A stretch of DNA of 64,000 nt, taken from assembly GCA_963712115.1 (NCBI GenBank), contig CAVQGX010000020.1:96001-160000 (forward strand). The letters are read 5' to 3'. This stretch comes from an uncultured delta proteobacterium. Its GTDB lineage: Bacteria > Desulfobacterota > Syntrophobacteria > BM002. A model generated the notes under the pieces. That model worked only from the letters and a program-made list of their open reading frames with translations. It was not told the origin of the DNA and did no database searches. This document shows positions 29,494 to 40,762 of the stretch, piece by piece (within the stretch, counting starts at the first letter, position 1; every line of letters starts with the position of its first letter). A program made the translations under genes and the position numbers.

Positions 29494-30684
29494 TTAAAAA
29501 TCTTTTCTCTTGTGTAGTACATCGTGATACACTTTTTCTGTCTGGGAAAGGATTGCATCTCTATTCAGATACTTTTCTGCAAAGCTCCGGCCGTTGACGC
29601 CGAACTGTTTTCTCAACTGGGCGTTTTTCAGCAATGAAATAATTCTATCCGCATATCCCTCCACATCATCCGGCGAGAGCATAAAGCCAGTTTCTCCCTC
29701 GCACACCAAATCCGAAACTCCTCCAACTCCACTGGCTATCACAGGTAGTCCCGCCCCCATTGCTTCCATTATAGCTATGCCCAAGCCTTCGTGTTCACTA
29801 CAATGGACCAACAAGTCTGCGATCCGCAACATCTGCAAAACCTGAGGATGAGGTACTGCACCATGGAAATGAACATGTTTTTTGATGCCGAGTTCTTCTG
29901 CCAACCTTTCTAAGGAAGAACGCAATGTGCCGTCTCCAGCGACCACGAGATGACAATCGCTATGAGTCCTAACCACCTTAACCATCGCCCGAAGAATTGT
30001 ATCAAGTCGTTTTGGGGGGGTTAGGTTGCCAATCCAAAGTAGACATTTACCGTATTTCTCACAGGATGAGACCCTCATCTTAGTCTGGTTTAACGCCTCT
30101 ACGTCGATGCCGACGGGACCAGGGATTATCTTAGCTTTGCCAGGTGGTAATCCTAAATCCAGAGCCAATTGCTCCAAGTATCTGCTTACAGGAAGGAGTA
30201 TATCAATGCGTTTCACCGTCCAGGAGGCAAGCAAACGCACCAACCGCTGTCGCGATGGTACATTAAGATCAGAGCCGGCTGCTGTGGCAACCACAGGTCG
30301 TCCTGTTAACCATCCTGCAATCGAACCAATAAGCCCACCTGGTACCACCCAGTAGGCATGAACCAGGTCAGCATTATGTTTCAAAACAGTTACGATGCAC
30401 TTAAAGATTCCCAGAACAATCAGCGAACCAAGAAGCAGAATCGGTGTTCCTCGCAACTGTCCCAGCTGTGTGCCTTTGCGCCAACCGTAGTACGCGTAGC
30501 GATGGACACAGACGTTATTCAAGAATTCTTCTTTTGCAGTGCCAGGCCGCATAGGGGTTACAACGTGGACTTCATGTCCGCGACGGGCAATTTCCACAGC
30601 CAGATCACGTACAAAGCCTCCCTTGTAGTCTTGCTCACCACGAGGAAAGAGATGTGAAACTATACAAATTCTATGTTTATCCAC
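29494..30684 (-). CDS. GT4 glycosyltransferase
   Basis: HAYW..P.G, GSDL, K.LD, EGLGIAIMEAMGAGLP. Confidence 0.88.
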   Translation of the reverse strand: MDKHRICIVSHLFPRGEQDYKGGFVRDLAVEIARRGHEVHVVTPMRPGTAKEEFLNNVCVHRYAYYGWRKGTQLGQLRGTPILLLGSLIVLGIFKCIVTVLKHNADLVHAYWVVPGGLIGSIAGWLTGRPVVATAAGSDLNVPSRQRLVRLLASWTVKRIDILLPVSRYLEQLALDLGLPPGKAKIIPGPVGIDVEALNQTKMRVSSCEKYGKCLLWIGNLTPPKRLDTILRAMVKVVRTHSDCHLVVAGDGTLRSSLERLAEELGIKKHVHFHGAVPHPQVLQMLRIADLLVHCSEHEGLGIAIMEAMGAGLPVIASGVGGVSDLVCEGETGFMLSPDDVEGYADRIISLLKNAQLRKQFGVNGRSFAEKYLNRDAILSQTEKVYHDVLHKRKDF

Positions 30685-30807
30685 TATAGAAATCTTTTTC
30701 GTTTTTATTTTTAGACTTTACATGCAGGTATGATTAATTTTTTACCCGCCAAGTGTCTATATTGATTGTATTATTTTTATTAAGTCCCTTACTTTTGACA
30801 GTATTGA

Positions 30808-31812
30808 TCATTCCCTTATTTTGCTTAATAGGTTGATCTGTTTTTGTAATCTATGGACTTCCTTTCTGAGGTTGTTGTTCTGTATTGCTATAAAGGCAAA
30901 ACAGAAGAACTGGCTACCCACTAGCAGGAGTACGACCATCAACGGCAGCAGGGGCCGACTGGGATTCAAAGTGCCGAAATACCTAAGATAGACTATATAG
31001 CAGCCGATCAGAAAACCTGAGAGGATGAAAAAAATGCCGGTGATACCAAAAAGCAGAATAGGTCTTTCGAAAATCGAAAAAAGAAAGTGGGTGACAGACG
31101 TTTTTCTGAGCTCGAATTTCGATTTACCTGTTTTTCTGCTCGTCAGGGTTGCGGGCACTTCCTTCACCCTAAAACCTAAAGCACAAACCTTTGAGAGAAT
31201 CTCCAGATGGATTTCTTTGCCGTCGGATGCCAATTCCAGAGCCTGGAGGACTTCTCTCCTGTAGCCTCGCAGAATACAGGTTGAGGTTTTGAAAGACTGG
31301 GGAAAGGTGTACTCCAGGATTTTGTTGCCGACCTTACTTACCAGGAGACGCCAAGGGCTAACTCCCATAACTCGACCACCAACCATGTAGGCACTTCCCA
31401 AGACCACGTCGTTCATCTGATCTGAATCGTTGAGCTCTGCATAGATTTGTAAGATATGATCTGGGCTATAGGAAAGGTCAAAATCGATAGTGATAACGTA
31501 ACGGCCTCTGGCATGTTCAAATCCTGTTCGCAGAGCTTTTCCACGTCCACAATTTACCGGATAAGAAATAATTCGCAGGTTATCTATCTCTTTTGCCGCT
31601 TTACGAGCTATTTCAAGGGTATTATCGGTACTGCCGTCATCAACTAGCAAAAGTTCCCACGGCTTCTCAAAAGTACTCAATAATTCAGCAATATTTGAAA
31701 TGGTAGAGTTCACATTTTTTGCTTCATTGTACATGGGTGCTATTACTGTGAGTTCAATTTCAGCTGGGGGCCGGGGAGGATCATTCATGGAATTCTTATC
31801 TTGGCGAGTCAT
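30808..31812 (-). CDS. ArnC/DPM-like GT2 with two C-terminal TM helices (polyprenol-phosphate glycosyltransferase)
   Basis: PMYNE, VDDGSTD, N.GRGKAL, DFDL, R..GKSKF, C-terminal TMs; start 31812 chosen over the longer ORF. Confidence 0.8.
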   Translation of the reverse strand: MTRQDKNSMNDPPRPPAEIELTVIAPMYNEAKNVNSTISNIAELLSTFEKPWELLLVDDGSTDNTLEIARKAAKEIDNLRIISYPVNCGRGKALRTGFEHARGRYVITIDFDLSYSPDHILQIYAELNDSDQMNDVVLGSAYMVGGRVMGVSPWRLLVSKVGNKILEYTFPQSFKTSTCILRGYRREVLQALELASDGKEIHLEILSKVCALGFRVKEVPATLTSRKTGKSKFELRKTSVTHFLFSIFERPILLFGITGIFFILSGFLIGCYIVYLRYFGTLNPSRPLLPLMVVLLLVGSQFFCFAFIAIQNNNLRKEVHRLQKQINLLSKIRE

Positions 31813-31888
31813 CTTATTGTCCCTTATTTGAGGGTATTGACAAAAATCTATCATCCTTGACGGACCTATTTTACACTCATCCTGCATC

Positions 31889-33664
31889 CTAGGGTTTAGA
31901 GATAGAGTTTGATGGCGTAACGGTTTTTCCTGCCTGGTATAAAGCAATTTCCAGATTCTTTTGTGCCTGTGGATAGTCAGGCTTGATTTGAAGCGCTTTG
32001 GAAAAATGAGCAATGGCCTCATCGAACCGCCCCTGGCGGGCCAGGCTTACTCCCAGACTGTTATGGGCCTCGGCAAAATTGGCATGCAACTGCACTGCCA
32101 TGGTAAAATTGGATGAAGCCTCCTCGTTCTTCCCCTGTCGAATCAGTGTGTTACCCAGGTTAAAATGAGCCTCGGCCAGCTTGGGATCAAGCTGCACGGC
32201 TGAGTAATAGTGGTGCATGGCCTCTTGCAGCTTCCCTTGCTGTTCCAATATATTCCCCAGGTTAGTATGTGCTTTCGCCGAGTTGGGCTGGAGTTGGAGT
32301 GCCCTGGAATAGTGGAATCTGGCCTTATCAATTTCTCCTTTTCTGATTAGGGCTTTTCCCAGGTTGTTGTGGATCACCTGGTTGTCAGTGGTAACTGCAA
32401 GGGTATGTTCGAAAAGGGTAATGCTGTTACGCCAGTGTCTTACCTGGAGCCGGGTGACTATCATAAGGGATACGAGCACTAACGCGGCCGAGGTGAAGAG
32501 TACTATCCTTTGATAACGCCATTTTGCCAATAGGCGTGGAAGGCCCCAAGCAATGATGATAAACAGGCCGATGAGGGGGATATAAGTGAAGCGATCAGCC
32601 ATGGATTGCTTTCCCACCTGTACTAGCCCTATGACCGGCACCATGGTTCCAAGGTACCAGAGCCAACCTACTGGCAGGTATGGATGGCGCCGCCTGGCAC
32701 GGAGCGCCAGGACAGATATCAGCAATAAGAGTAAGCCAGCCCCGACAGCCTGCCAAATTGGCAAAGTATTACCAGGGTGTGGGTAAAAAACCGCTAGGTC
32801 TTGCGGCCAAATCATCTTTCTCATATAGCCTATGTAGGCGACCAGTCCGTTGGCAATACGAATCCGTGCTGGCAAAACCTCAACAGAGGCAGCGGCACCG
32901 CAGCTTTGTTGAGTGAGAAAGGCAATCAGACTTGCAGCTGCCGCTAAGACAAAAAAAGGTAGCTTTTCCAAGAGCAAGCGGGAGGCCAGCGGGGGTAACT
33001 TGTTTGAACTCATTGATTTTTCAATTTCTGAGCCGATATGATCTTTGAATTGTCCTGGCTGAAATCGGCCGAGTGGCCAATAATCCAAGAGAAGTAGGAC
33101 AAATGGCAGTGTCACCAGCATGGGTTTGGCCATAAGGCCCAGAGCAAAAGTAAAAAGGGCAAGAAAATATTGATAAAGCCTGGGCCGTGCAGCATATTGG
33201 ATATAAAACCACATGGTGAGCATCCAGAAAAAGGTGCTCAAGACATCCTTGCGCTCAGTTACCCAGGCAACTGATTCCACATGCAAGGGATGGAGGGCAA
33301 AGAGGGCAGCAACAAAAGCGCTCCGCCAGAGGGAGCCGGTAATTCGGCTTAAGATGAAGAAAAGCAAGAGAGTATTGGCGAGGTGAAAGAGCAAATTGGT
33401 AAAGTGATATCCGCCTGGGTTTAAACCGTAAAGTTCATAATCCAGCATAAAGGATAGCCAGGTCAACGGCAGCCATAAACCCACATGGTTGTTGGTAAAA
33501 GCCCAAACTACGTTTTCTTTGTTAAAACTAGCCTGAAGTTGGTGATTGTCTGTGATGTACAAATCATCGTCAAAGTAGACAAAATCAAAGGTTCGCACCT
33601 GCCAGAAAACAACGAGGGTGCAAGAGATTAGCAGTAGGGTTGTTAGAAAAAGTTTGACGCGCAT
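31889..33664 (-). CDS. TMTC-like GT-C/TPR glycosyltransferase (paralog 4); start uncertain (33664 or 33733)
   Basis: FVYFDD, WLPLTWLS, HPLHVESVAWVTERKD, MADRFTYIP, TPRs. Confidence 0.85.
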   Translation of the reverse strand: MRVKLFLTTLLLISCTLVVFWQVRTFDFVYFDDDLYITDNHQLQASFNKENVVWAFTNNHVGLWLPLTWLSFMLDYELYGLNPGGYHFTNLLFHLANTLLLFFILSRITGSLWRSAFVAALFALHPLHVESVAWVTERKDVLSTFFWMLTMWFYIQYAARPRLYQYFLALFTFALGLMAKPMLVTLPFVLLLLDYWPLGRFQPGQFKDHIGSEIEKSMSSNKLPPLASRLLLEKLPFFVLAAAASLIAFLTQQSCGAAASVEVLPARIRIANGLVAYIGYMRKMIWPQDLAVFYPHPGNTLPIWQAVGAGLLLLLISVLALRARRRHPYLPVGWLWYLGTMVPVIGLVQVGKQSMADRFTYIPLIGLFIIIAWGLPRLLAKWRYQRIVLFTSAALVLVSLMIVTRLQVRHWRNSITLFEHTLAVTTDNQVIHNNLGKALIRKGEIDKARFHYSRALQLQPNSAKAHTNLGNILEQQGKLQEAMHHYYSAVQLDPKLAEAHFNLGNTLIRQGKNEEASSNFTMAVQLHANFAEAHNSLGVSLARQGRFDEAIAHFSKALQIKPDYPQAQKNLEIALYQAGKTVTPSNSISKP

Positions 33665-33822
33665 AGGGGCCACTCTATGACTTAAAAAGAAAATCCTCAA
33701 CGAAGCTAACCCTGCAGGAACTTTCCTTTTCATGAACACTAAAGAAAATGGCTAAAATAGCCGTAACTATTAAAATATTTCCACTCCGGGTAATCCTTTT
33801 TATCTCAAAGATTAACAATATT

Positions 33823-33839
33823 AGCAAGAAGCTTGCCAG
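33823..33839 (-). promoter_or_regulatory. Sigma54 promoter
   Basis: Minus strand CTGGCAAGCTTCTTGCT, upstream of the paralog 4 operon. Confidence 0.75.
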
Positions 33840-34161
33840 AGAATTGTCCACAATTCTCACGAGAGCGTCCGGCTATGGCCATGGGGCAGAGTGCCAGTTC
33901 ATCGTTTCTTCAAAAAAACAAAGACAGTGACTCTGTTAACCGAAGTCGCTGTGGGGTTACATGGGTGAACATCAGGTTTCACTTCACCCTGGGGATTAGT
34001 CCTCTCTTTAATAGGAAGCGTAATTAACCCACGAGGGTTACCTAAGTTGGAGTAGACCAGAGGGGCAGAATAGCTTTCATTTAGAGGTAAATGGAACAGA
34101 CATGCAAAATGGGAGAGGATAAATTTCTAGAGAAAACTATTTTTTCAATGATAATAGAAAT

Positions 34162-36021
34162 TTAAAACTTGTCAGAAGAATCCCAGAGTTTTGTGTTCAA
34201 AGACAACATCTTATCCCTAGCCTCTAGAAATAGTGCCAAATCCTTTGAGACTTCAGCGGGTTCCAATTTCCATCTATCTTTTATATCAAATATATCTCCT
34301 GTTTTTACGGAAAAATAGGTTGATTGAGTCAGAAGCAGGGTCATTCTAGAAGTCGGTGCTATAATTCTATGACGTTTTAAGAATTTTTTCATACGTGTCT
34401 TCGATTCAGGAGAGATTAACAGATACATAAGATCTAATATATCCTCATGGCAAAAGAGTCCGTTATATATTTTCCCAGCCATTTGCTTATCAGGCAGTAG
34501 GAGAAGTCCCGGTATACGCAATCTCTCTAATATGCCACTTCCTGGGGTCTTTACTGTCATCAATCCTTCGTTATTAGCAGTATCAGATGATATAAAAATA
34601 ACAGGTTGTTTGTCTTGAGGTAATTGCTGCAAGCCGTCCAAAAAAATACTCAAAGAATAATCGACAAATAACATTCCCCCTTCATGATTATGAGGTATTT
34701 TCTTGCCATTTATCTCAGAAGGAAATTCATATGGTTCATGATTACTTAGAGCCTGGATAATGAAAAAAGAGGCTCGATTACTTGCCACACCTTCCTTATA
34801 TTTTCTCAATGCCGTTGAAAATAGAAGGTCATCACTAAAGTCAAAGTGTTTTTTGTAAATGCCAGTGCTTCCTGTCATAAGGCTTCTATTCAGCCCCCAC
34901 TCGCAGCCTGCATCTGCTATGATTTGACCCCAGTTATCCCATTGAGGGTTAGCTGCCGACAACACCACACAATCATAGCCACTTTGCCTTATTTGAGGCA
35001 TACGCCCTACCTTGCCTGCACCGGGATTTCGCAGGATAGCCGGAGTGAAACCCGGGGGATTGCTTATCCCAGTCATTAAACCCCATCTGGCCGCCCAAGT
35101 ACCTTCACCTGCTGCTATATGATTGGTAAAAATCATTCCTTCATTCATATATCTAGTTATTGTGGGCGACAGATTCTTGTGATGAACTGCTCCTTCTCCC
35201 AGGCCGAGGATATCGCTGGCCCTGTGAGATTCCAGCATCACAACAATAACAGAGCGCCCCTGATAACGGCCGGCGACAGGAGCCAACGTTTCATCGGGAC
35301 CATCTGCCCAGAATGGACTTTCTTCCGTCTCCCTAATTTTCCTAGCCACATCAAAGTCAAATTCTCTGGTCTCATCATCTCTGTATGGCTTATGTGCTAT
35401 CGACCAGGGTGAACTGGCCGGTTCATAGTAATAACTGAGCATCCCATGTCGGAAAATAGTAGATTGTGATTCGGCTACCCCCAATATCATGACGGCTGCC
35501 ATCACTTGAATGGTGCAAAAAAATAGGACTTTTGATTTGACATAGTTCTTATATAAAAAGCGCAACCCCAAATATCCTCCAACATACAAAAGAGTAAAAA
35601 TAAGTAACCTTTGGGAAAAGAACAAATCTAACATGTAATCTCTATAACCGGATTCAAAAAAATAAAATTCAATTTCATACCATAGTAAGTTACGGCCTTG
35701 TTCAACGTAAAAGTATGAAGAAGCTATAAACCAGATGGAAAATATCCAGAGAACAGTAATGACAAGCGGCTCAATAATCAATCTTACTTTATTCTCAAAA
35801 AGCATCATAAAGGAAAGCAGCATGAGAGGATAGAAAGTATAACTAGAAATGAGCCACGTATATCCAAGTATTTTGGGAGAGTGTCCAAATGTTTTAATGT
35901 CAACAATTAAAGTGAGCAATAAAATAAGACTCACGAAAGATGATACTTTGTACCACTTTCCTTTTTCCAGGTAATGCAACAAGCTTGATACTTGCTCAAA
36001 TATTATGTGGATACGGCTCAT
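34162..36021 (-). CDS. LtaS/MdoB-like membrane-anchored sulfatase-fold phosphotransferase
   Basis: ~5 N-terminal TMs, VIVVMLES, GEGT nucleophile position, SNHEPY, SSD(T) in place of GDH. Confidence 0.65.
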   Translation of the reverse strand: MSRIHIIFEQVSSLLHYLEKGKWYKVSSFVSLILLLTLIVDIKTFGHSPKILGYTWLISSYTFYPLMLLSFMMLFENKVRLIIEPLVITVLWIFSIWFIASSYFYVEQGRNLLWYEIEFYFFESGYRDYMLDLFFSQRLLIFTLLYVGGYLGLRFLYKNYVKSKVLFFCTIQVMAAVMILGVAESQSTIFRHGMLSYYYEPASSPWSIAHKPYRDDETREFDFDVARKIRETEESPFWADGPDETLAPVAGRYQGRSVIVVMLESHRASDILGLGEGAVHHKNLSPTITRYMNEGMIFTNHIAAGEGTWAARWGLMTGISNPPGFTPAILRNPGAGKVGRMPQIRQSGYDCVVLSAANPQWDNWGQIIADAGCEWGLNRSLMTGSTGIYKKHFDFSDDLLFSTALRKYKEGVASNRASFFIIQALSNHEPYEFPSEINGKKIPHNHEGGMLFVDYSLSIFLDGLQQLPQDKQPVIFISSDTANNEGLMTVKTPGSGILERLRIPGLLLLPDKQMAGKIYNGLFCHEDILDLMYLLISPESKTRMKKFLKRHRIIAPTSRMTLLLTQSTYFSVKTGDIFDIKDRWKLEPAEVSKDLALFLEARDKMLSLNTKLWDSSDKF

Positions 36022-36120
36022 GGAATTAATATCTCGGTTAACAACCTTTCAGTCCGATTATGGTGGCAGCTACTATGGAGGAAGTCTCTGCCATAATTAT
36101 CCCCTGACTATTGAAACCAC

Positions 36121-36137
36121 AGCAAGCAATGTGCCAA
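36121..36137 (-). promoter_or_regulatory. Sigma54 promoter
   Basis: Minus strand TTGGCACATTGCTTGCT, 100 bp before ATG 36021. Confidence 0.8.
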
Positions 36138-36339
36138 TAGGCCACATAGCAAAGGTGCATCTTTAGCGGCCAATTAGTGGGCGAATTTATATGGTTATCC
36201 TAATAGGATATGAAATGTTAAGTGGGAGGTTTCAGTAGGCGGCAAGAGTAGTGTAGCGCTGGTGCGTGAGATAAAACATCTGGTCATGACTGCATTTTTT
36301 CTGCTTATTTACTCGATCCTTTACATTTCTGTATTTTCA

Positions 36340-38084
36340 CTACTCAACCATACGGAATCCCTCCTTTAGTGTGCTTCCGCGCATTTGAAGATCATCCTTA
36401 CTGTGGGGTGCACTAGGTAGATCTGCATCCCAGGCTAATTGTTTGGGGGGAACGTTTAGCAAAAAACCGTCATGGATCTTTACAACCCTCATTTTCACTT
36501 TGGGTAATTGGCGAATAGTGAAGATAGAGTTGGAAGGGCCACCAAGAAGGACCGCGAAACTATCCCATCTGATGCACAGAAGGTTTATCAAGACGACGGA
36601 AACCAATATTAACATTACGCGACTCACGTATCTCACCAACTGGAATTTTGCCTCATTCAGTATGAGATAGACCAAGCTTCCCCAGGCGAGGATGATGTAG
36701 CCCCAGATCCATCCTCTGCCAAATCGTATTGCTGGGGCCGAGAAAAACCAGAAGATGATTCCCAAAAGTAATATTCCTTGAATCACTAGTGTATTCACGC
36801 ATATTCTTAACTTCCTCTTAAAGCAAAAGAAAAAGAAGATAGCTGCCGGGACAAAAGAATAGATCAGCCAGCGATAAATCGGATTCTTACCCCCACGGGT
36901 CGACCAAAATCGGATCCACTCTAAAGTACTCATATCACCAATTGACCAGTCGGTATATCGCACCGTTGGGTGAATGGCAAAGTACCTGATACTCCTTCGC
37001 ACCTTTTCCGCCTGCGCATAAGGTATTTTCCAATCAAAAGAAAAAAGATCAAGTTGAGGAAAGGGAAAAACAAGGTATCCTGAAAGGATGACATTACCCA
37101 CGAGAAAGGGAAACAGGATAAAGAAACTCAATAGCCCACTGAATAGGAGCTTTTTCCATCCTCTATTCTCCTGCCTGGTAAGGATATATAAAGGCAAGAG
37201 AACAACTGGCAGAGAGCTGAGCTTAATGGTAGGTAAAAATAATGAGAGACATATAACGAGAATAAAGCTCTCGTACCGAGAAGGTGTTTGTTTACCATCC
37301 GACGCTAAGTTCTGTTCAATGCAATTTATGGTTAAAATAAATGCATAAACTATGAATATAAACACAATGAGATCAGGAGATAGTGAGGGAATAAACCCGA
37401 TGGATAAATCGCGGTCAACACAGAGTGGAAGAGCTATTAGGCATTTTAATATATTAGTTAATGATAGTTGGCCCTCGAATATATTAATAAAGCCAGAGAA
37501 AGAAATTATCAGCGCAAGAGAATAGGCGATGACATTTACCAAGTGATAACTTTTACCGGCCAAAGACCAAGATGTCAAAGAATGCAGCGAGGTAGAACCA
37601 GGATGAATTAAATGCTAATCTGTGATGGAGGTTGCCGAGACCTGGTACGGTGCCATATTCCTTTATCCACTTAACTGCTTGTGCATGGTACAGTCCTGTA
37701 TCAAATGAAGTTGCGGGACCGGATGCGTAGACAATCGCAGAAAGCAAACAGATGATTCCCAGAATGGATAAATAGGGACTAACCTTGGCTTTCAGAAAGA
37801 CTGAACTTATCTTGGCAAAGAGGTAGTTTCTATCATAGCAGATATAGAGGAACAGTAAGGTTGTGATCCCCAAATGGACATATTCTGTGACGGGTGTGAC
37901 TAGAGCTGTGGATGAGATTACGGTTGTTAGGGTTATGATCCCCAGAATGATAGTATTCGCCAGGTCAGGGGTGGATGAACTATTAGGGAGTAAAGGAAGC
38001 TTTTTCAAATAACCTTCGGGTTAAAGATCCAATAATAAAAAGAAGAATAAGCGCATAGAAAAGGTAGAGGGCGATATAGATCAT
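36340..38084 (-). CDS. Polytopic membrane protein, LIC_10190-like (possible GT-C), with indels near 38010 and 37560
   Basis: ATG 38084 MIYIALYLF; DTGLYHAQAVKW..G..PGLGNLH.R.AFNSSW; SLSPD; IKLS; SGY..FP....DW; WFFSAP.IRFG. Confidence 0.6.
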
Positions 38085-38107
38085 AAACTTAGGGTATTGT
38101 ACTCTAT

Positions 38108-40762
38108 TTATTTCTCGACCATATCAAATACGCTCTCCAATGCCTCCTTGATTTTTTTAACATGGGGACCTCCACCTTGAGCCATGTCTGGCCGCCCACC
38201 TCCCTTGCCACCTAGCATGGCGGAAAGCTCCTTGATGATTTGGCCGGCATGATACTTGTCGGTAAGATCTTCCGTCACCCCGCAGATAAGCATGGCCTTG
38301 CCATCTGCAGCCTCAGCGCCCAGCACTATCACCCCGGACTTGATTTGACTCTTCAGATTGTCCAGCATCACCCGCAAATCCTTGGCACTGTCAACATTCA
38401 CCTGCTGGGAGAGTACCTTGAGGCCATCGATCTCACGGATATCTTGATTACTGGGGGCGAACTGTCGGCTCATGGCTTGGGCTTTTACCCGCTCTATCTC
38501 TTTTTCCAGCTCTTTCTGCTGGGCCAGCAGTTTTTTCACCCGCCCGGATAAATCCTGGGGTGCAGCTCTGAGTAGCGCGGCCGTTTCTTTCAGAGTTTTT
38601 TCCTGATTCTGAATATACTGGAGGGCGCCAGTACCGGTGAGGGCCTCAATGCGGCGGATGCCAGCAGCCACAGAGCTCTCACCGACGATTTTGAAAGGAC
38701 CAATGTCACCGGTGTGGTGGCTGTGGGTCCCACCGCAGAGCTCTCTGGAATAATCACCAATAGAAACCATGCGCACTTCATCACCGTACTTTTCGCCGAA
38801 AAGGGCCATGGCTCCTTCGGTGATAGCGGTATCCATATCGGTTACTTGATCGGTGAGATCTTCGTTCTGCAGGATACGTTCGGTGACCAGCTTTTCGATG
38901 AAGGCAATCTGTTCAGAGGTAAGTGCTTCACCGTGGGAAAAATCGAAGCGAAAGTAGTCCGGCCCTACGTAAGAGCCCTGCTGTTTTACGTGGTCCCCCA
39001 GGATGTTCCTGAGCACGTATTGGAGTATGTGGGTTGCGGTATGGTTCCGTTCGGTGGCCTTGCGTTTTTCCTTGTCTACGGCCAGGGTAACCTCTTCTCC
39101 AACTCTAACTGTTCCCTGTAAGACTTGACAAACATGGACGAGCAAATCACCGGGTGTTCTTTGGGTGTTTCGAACTTCCAGAGTAAAACCCATGCCACTG
39201 ATGCGCCCTGTGTCCCCCACTTGACCACCGGCTTCGCCATAAAAGGGAGTTTGCTCGCAAACCACTTCAACCCTTTGGCCTTCGCTGGCCTCGTTGACTG
39301 CACCATCATCGGTGAGCAAAGCCAGAATCACTGACTGATCCTCTGTTCTGTCGTAACCAGTGAAAGTGGTGGTTACCCCCTGGGCTGCAAGTTGCTTGAG
39401 GGCCTCAGAGGTTTCCATGATACCGGAAATCTTGAAGGCGGCCCGGGAACGCTGCCGCTGTTCCTCCATAAACTGGTCAAATCCGACCTCATCTACCTCA
39501 AAGTCCTGATCTCGAGCCAGGTCCATGACAATGTCGATGGGAAAACCGTAGGTGTCGTAGAGCTTGAAGATGGTCTCGCCGGGAAAGACATCTCTTTTGG
39601 CCTTTTTTAGTTTTTCAACCTCTTCTTGGAGTTTGCCCAAACCCCGGTCAAGGGTGGCTGAGAAGGACTTCTCCTCGTTTTTCAGGGCCATTTGGATGTA
39701 GCTCTTGTTCTTAGCGATATCCGGGTAGGTGTCCGCCATGGCACCAATTACGCCTTCCGCCACCTGGTGCATAAAGGGTTTCTCGATGCCTAGGAGTCTG
39801 CCGTGCCGTACTGCCCTACGAATGACTCGCCGCAAAACGTAGCCACGGCCCTCGTTGCTGGGCATGACACCATCACTGATGAGAAAAGTGGCGGCACGGC
39901 CATGATCGGCGATAACCTTGATGGATACGTCCTTTTCTTCATCCTTACCGTGGGCGTGGCCGCTGAGCTCTTCGATGACGGAGATGAGCTCCTGGAAAAT
40001 GTCGATGTCGTAGTTGGAAGGCACCTTCTGGAGCACGGCGGCAATTCGTTCAAGGCCCGCACCGGTGTCAATAGAAGGGGCGGGAAGAGGCTCCATGGTG
40101 GAGTCTTCTTTGCGATTGAACTGCATGAACACTAGGTTCCACAATTCCAGGAAACGGTCGCAGTCGCATACACCGGGAGCACAGTCCGGTCCGCAAGCCA
40201 TGTGGTCTCCCTGATCGATCAATATCTCGGAGCAGGGACCGCAGGGACCGGTGTCCCCCATGGCCCAGAAATTCTCACTGGTTGGCAAAGTGAGGATTCT
40301 CTCTCGTGGAAGGTATTTGTTCCACTCTTCCAGTGCTTCTTTATCTACGCCCAGCCCCATTTCTTCGTCGCCTTCGTGCACCGAAGCGTAGAGTTTGTCT
40401 TTGGGAAGATTAAGGTGATCGGTGAAAAATTCCCAGCCGAAACGGATGGCTTCCTTCTTGAAATAGTCGCCGAAAGAAAAGTTACCTAACATCTCGAAAA
40501 AAGTGTGGTGCCGGGCAGTACGGCCCACGTTGCGCAAATCATTGTGTTTGCCCCCGGCTCGCATACACTTCTGACAGGAAGTGGCCCGCACATAATCCCT
40601 CTTTTCTTCACCTAAAAGTGGTCGCTTGAACTGGACCATGCCTGCGGTGGTAAAAAGCAGGGTGGGATCGTCATGGGGTACCAGGGAGGAACTCTTTACA
40701 ATCCTATGCTCATTCATTTTGAAGTATTCAAGAAATGCCTTTCTCAGCTCAGCAGTCTTCAT
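38108..40762 (-). CDS. alaS: Alanine-tRNA ligase
   Basis: [47 protein letters not shown]. Confidence 0.98.
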   Translation of the reverse strand: MKTAELRKAFLEYFKMNEHRIVKSSSLVPHDDPTLLFTTAGMVQFKRPLLGEEKRDYVRATSCQKCMRAGGKHNDLRNVGRTARHHTFFEMLGNFSFGDYFKKEAIRFGWEFFTDHLNLPKDKLYASVHEGDEEMGLGVDKEALEEWNKYLPRERILTLPTSENFWAMGDTGPCGPCSEILIDQGDHMACGPDCAPGVCDCDRFLELWNLVFMQFNRKEDSTMEPLPAPSIDTGAGLERIAAVLQKVPSNYDIDIFQELISVIEELSGHAHGKDEEKDVSIKVIADHGRAATFLISDGVMPSNEGRGYVLRRVIRRAVRHGRLLGIEKPFMHQVAEGVIGAMADTYPDIAKNKSYIQMALKNEEKSFSATLDRGLGKLQEEVEKLKKAKRDVFPGETIFKLYDTYGFPIDIVMDLARDQDFEVDEVGFDQFMEEQRQRSRAAFKISGIMETSEALKQLAAQGVTTTFTGYDRTEDQSVILALLTDDGAVNEASEGQRVEVVCEQTPFYGEAGGQVGDTGRISGMGFTLEVRNTQRTPGDLLVHVCQVLQGTVRVGEEVTLAVDKEKRKATERNHTATHILQYVLRNILGDHVKQQGSYVGPDYFRFDFSHGEALTSEQIAFIEKLVTERILQNEDLTDQVTDMDTAITEGAMALFGEKYGDEVRMVSIGDYSRELCGGTHSHHTGDIGPFKIVGESSVAAGIRRIEALTGTGALQYIQNQEKTLKETAALLRAAPQDLSGRVKKLLAQQKELEKEIERVKAQAMSRQFAPSNQDIREIDGLKVLSQQVNVDSAKDLRVMLDNLKSQIKSGVIVLGAEAADGKAMLICGVTEDLTDKYHAGQIIKELSAMLGGKGGGRPDMAQGGGPHVKKIKEALESVFDMVEK

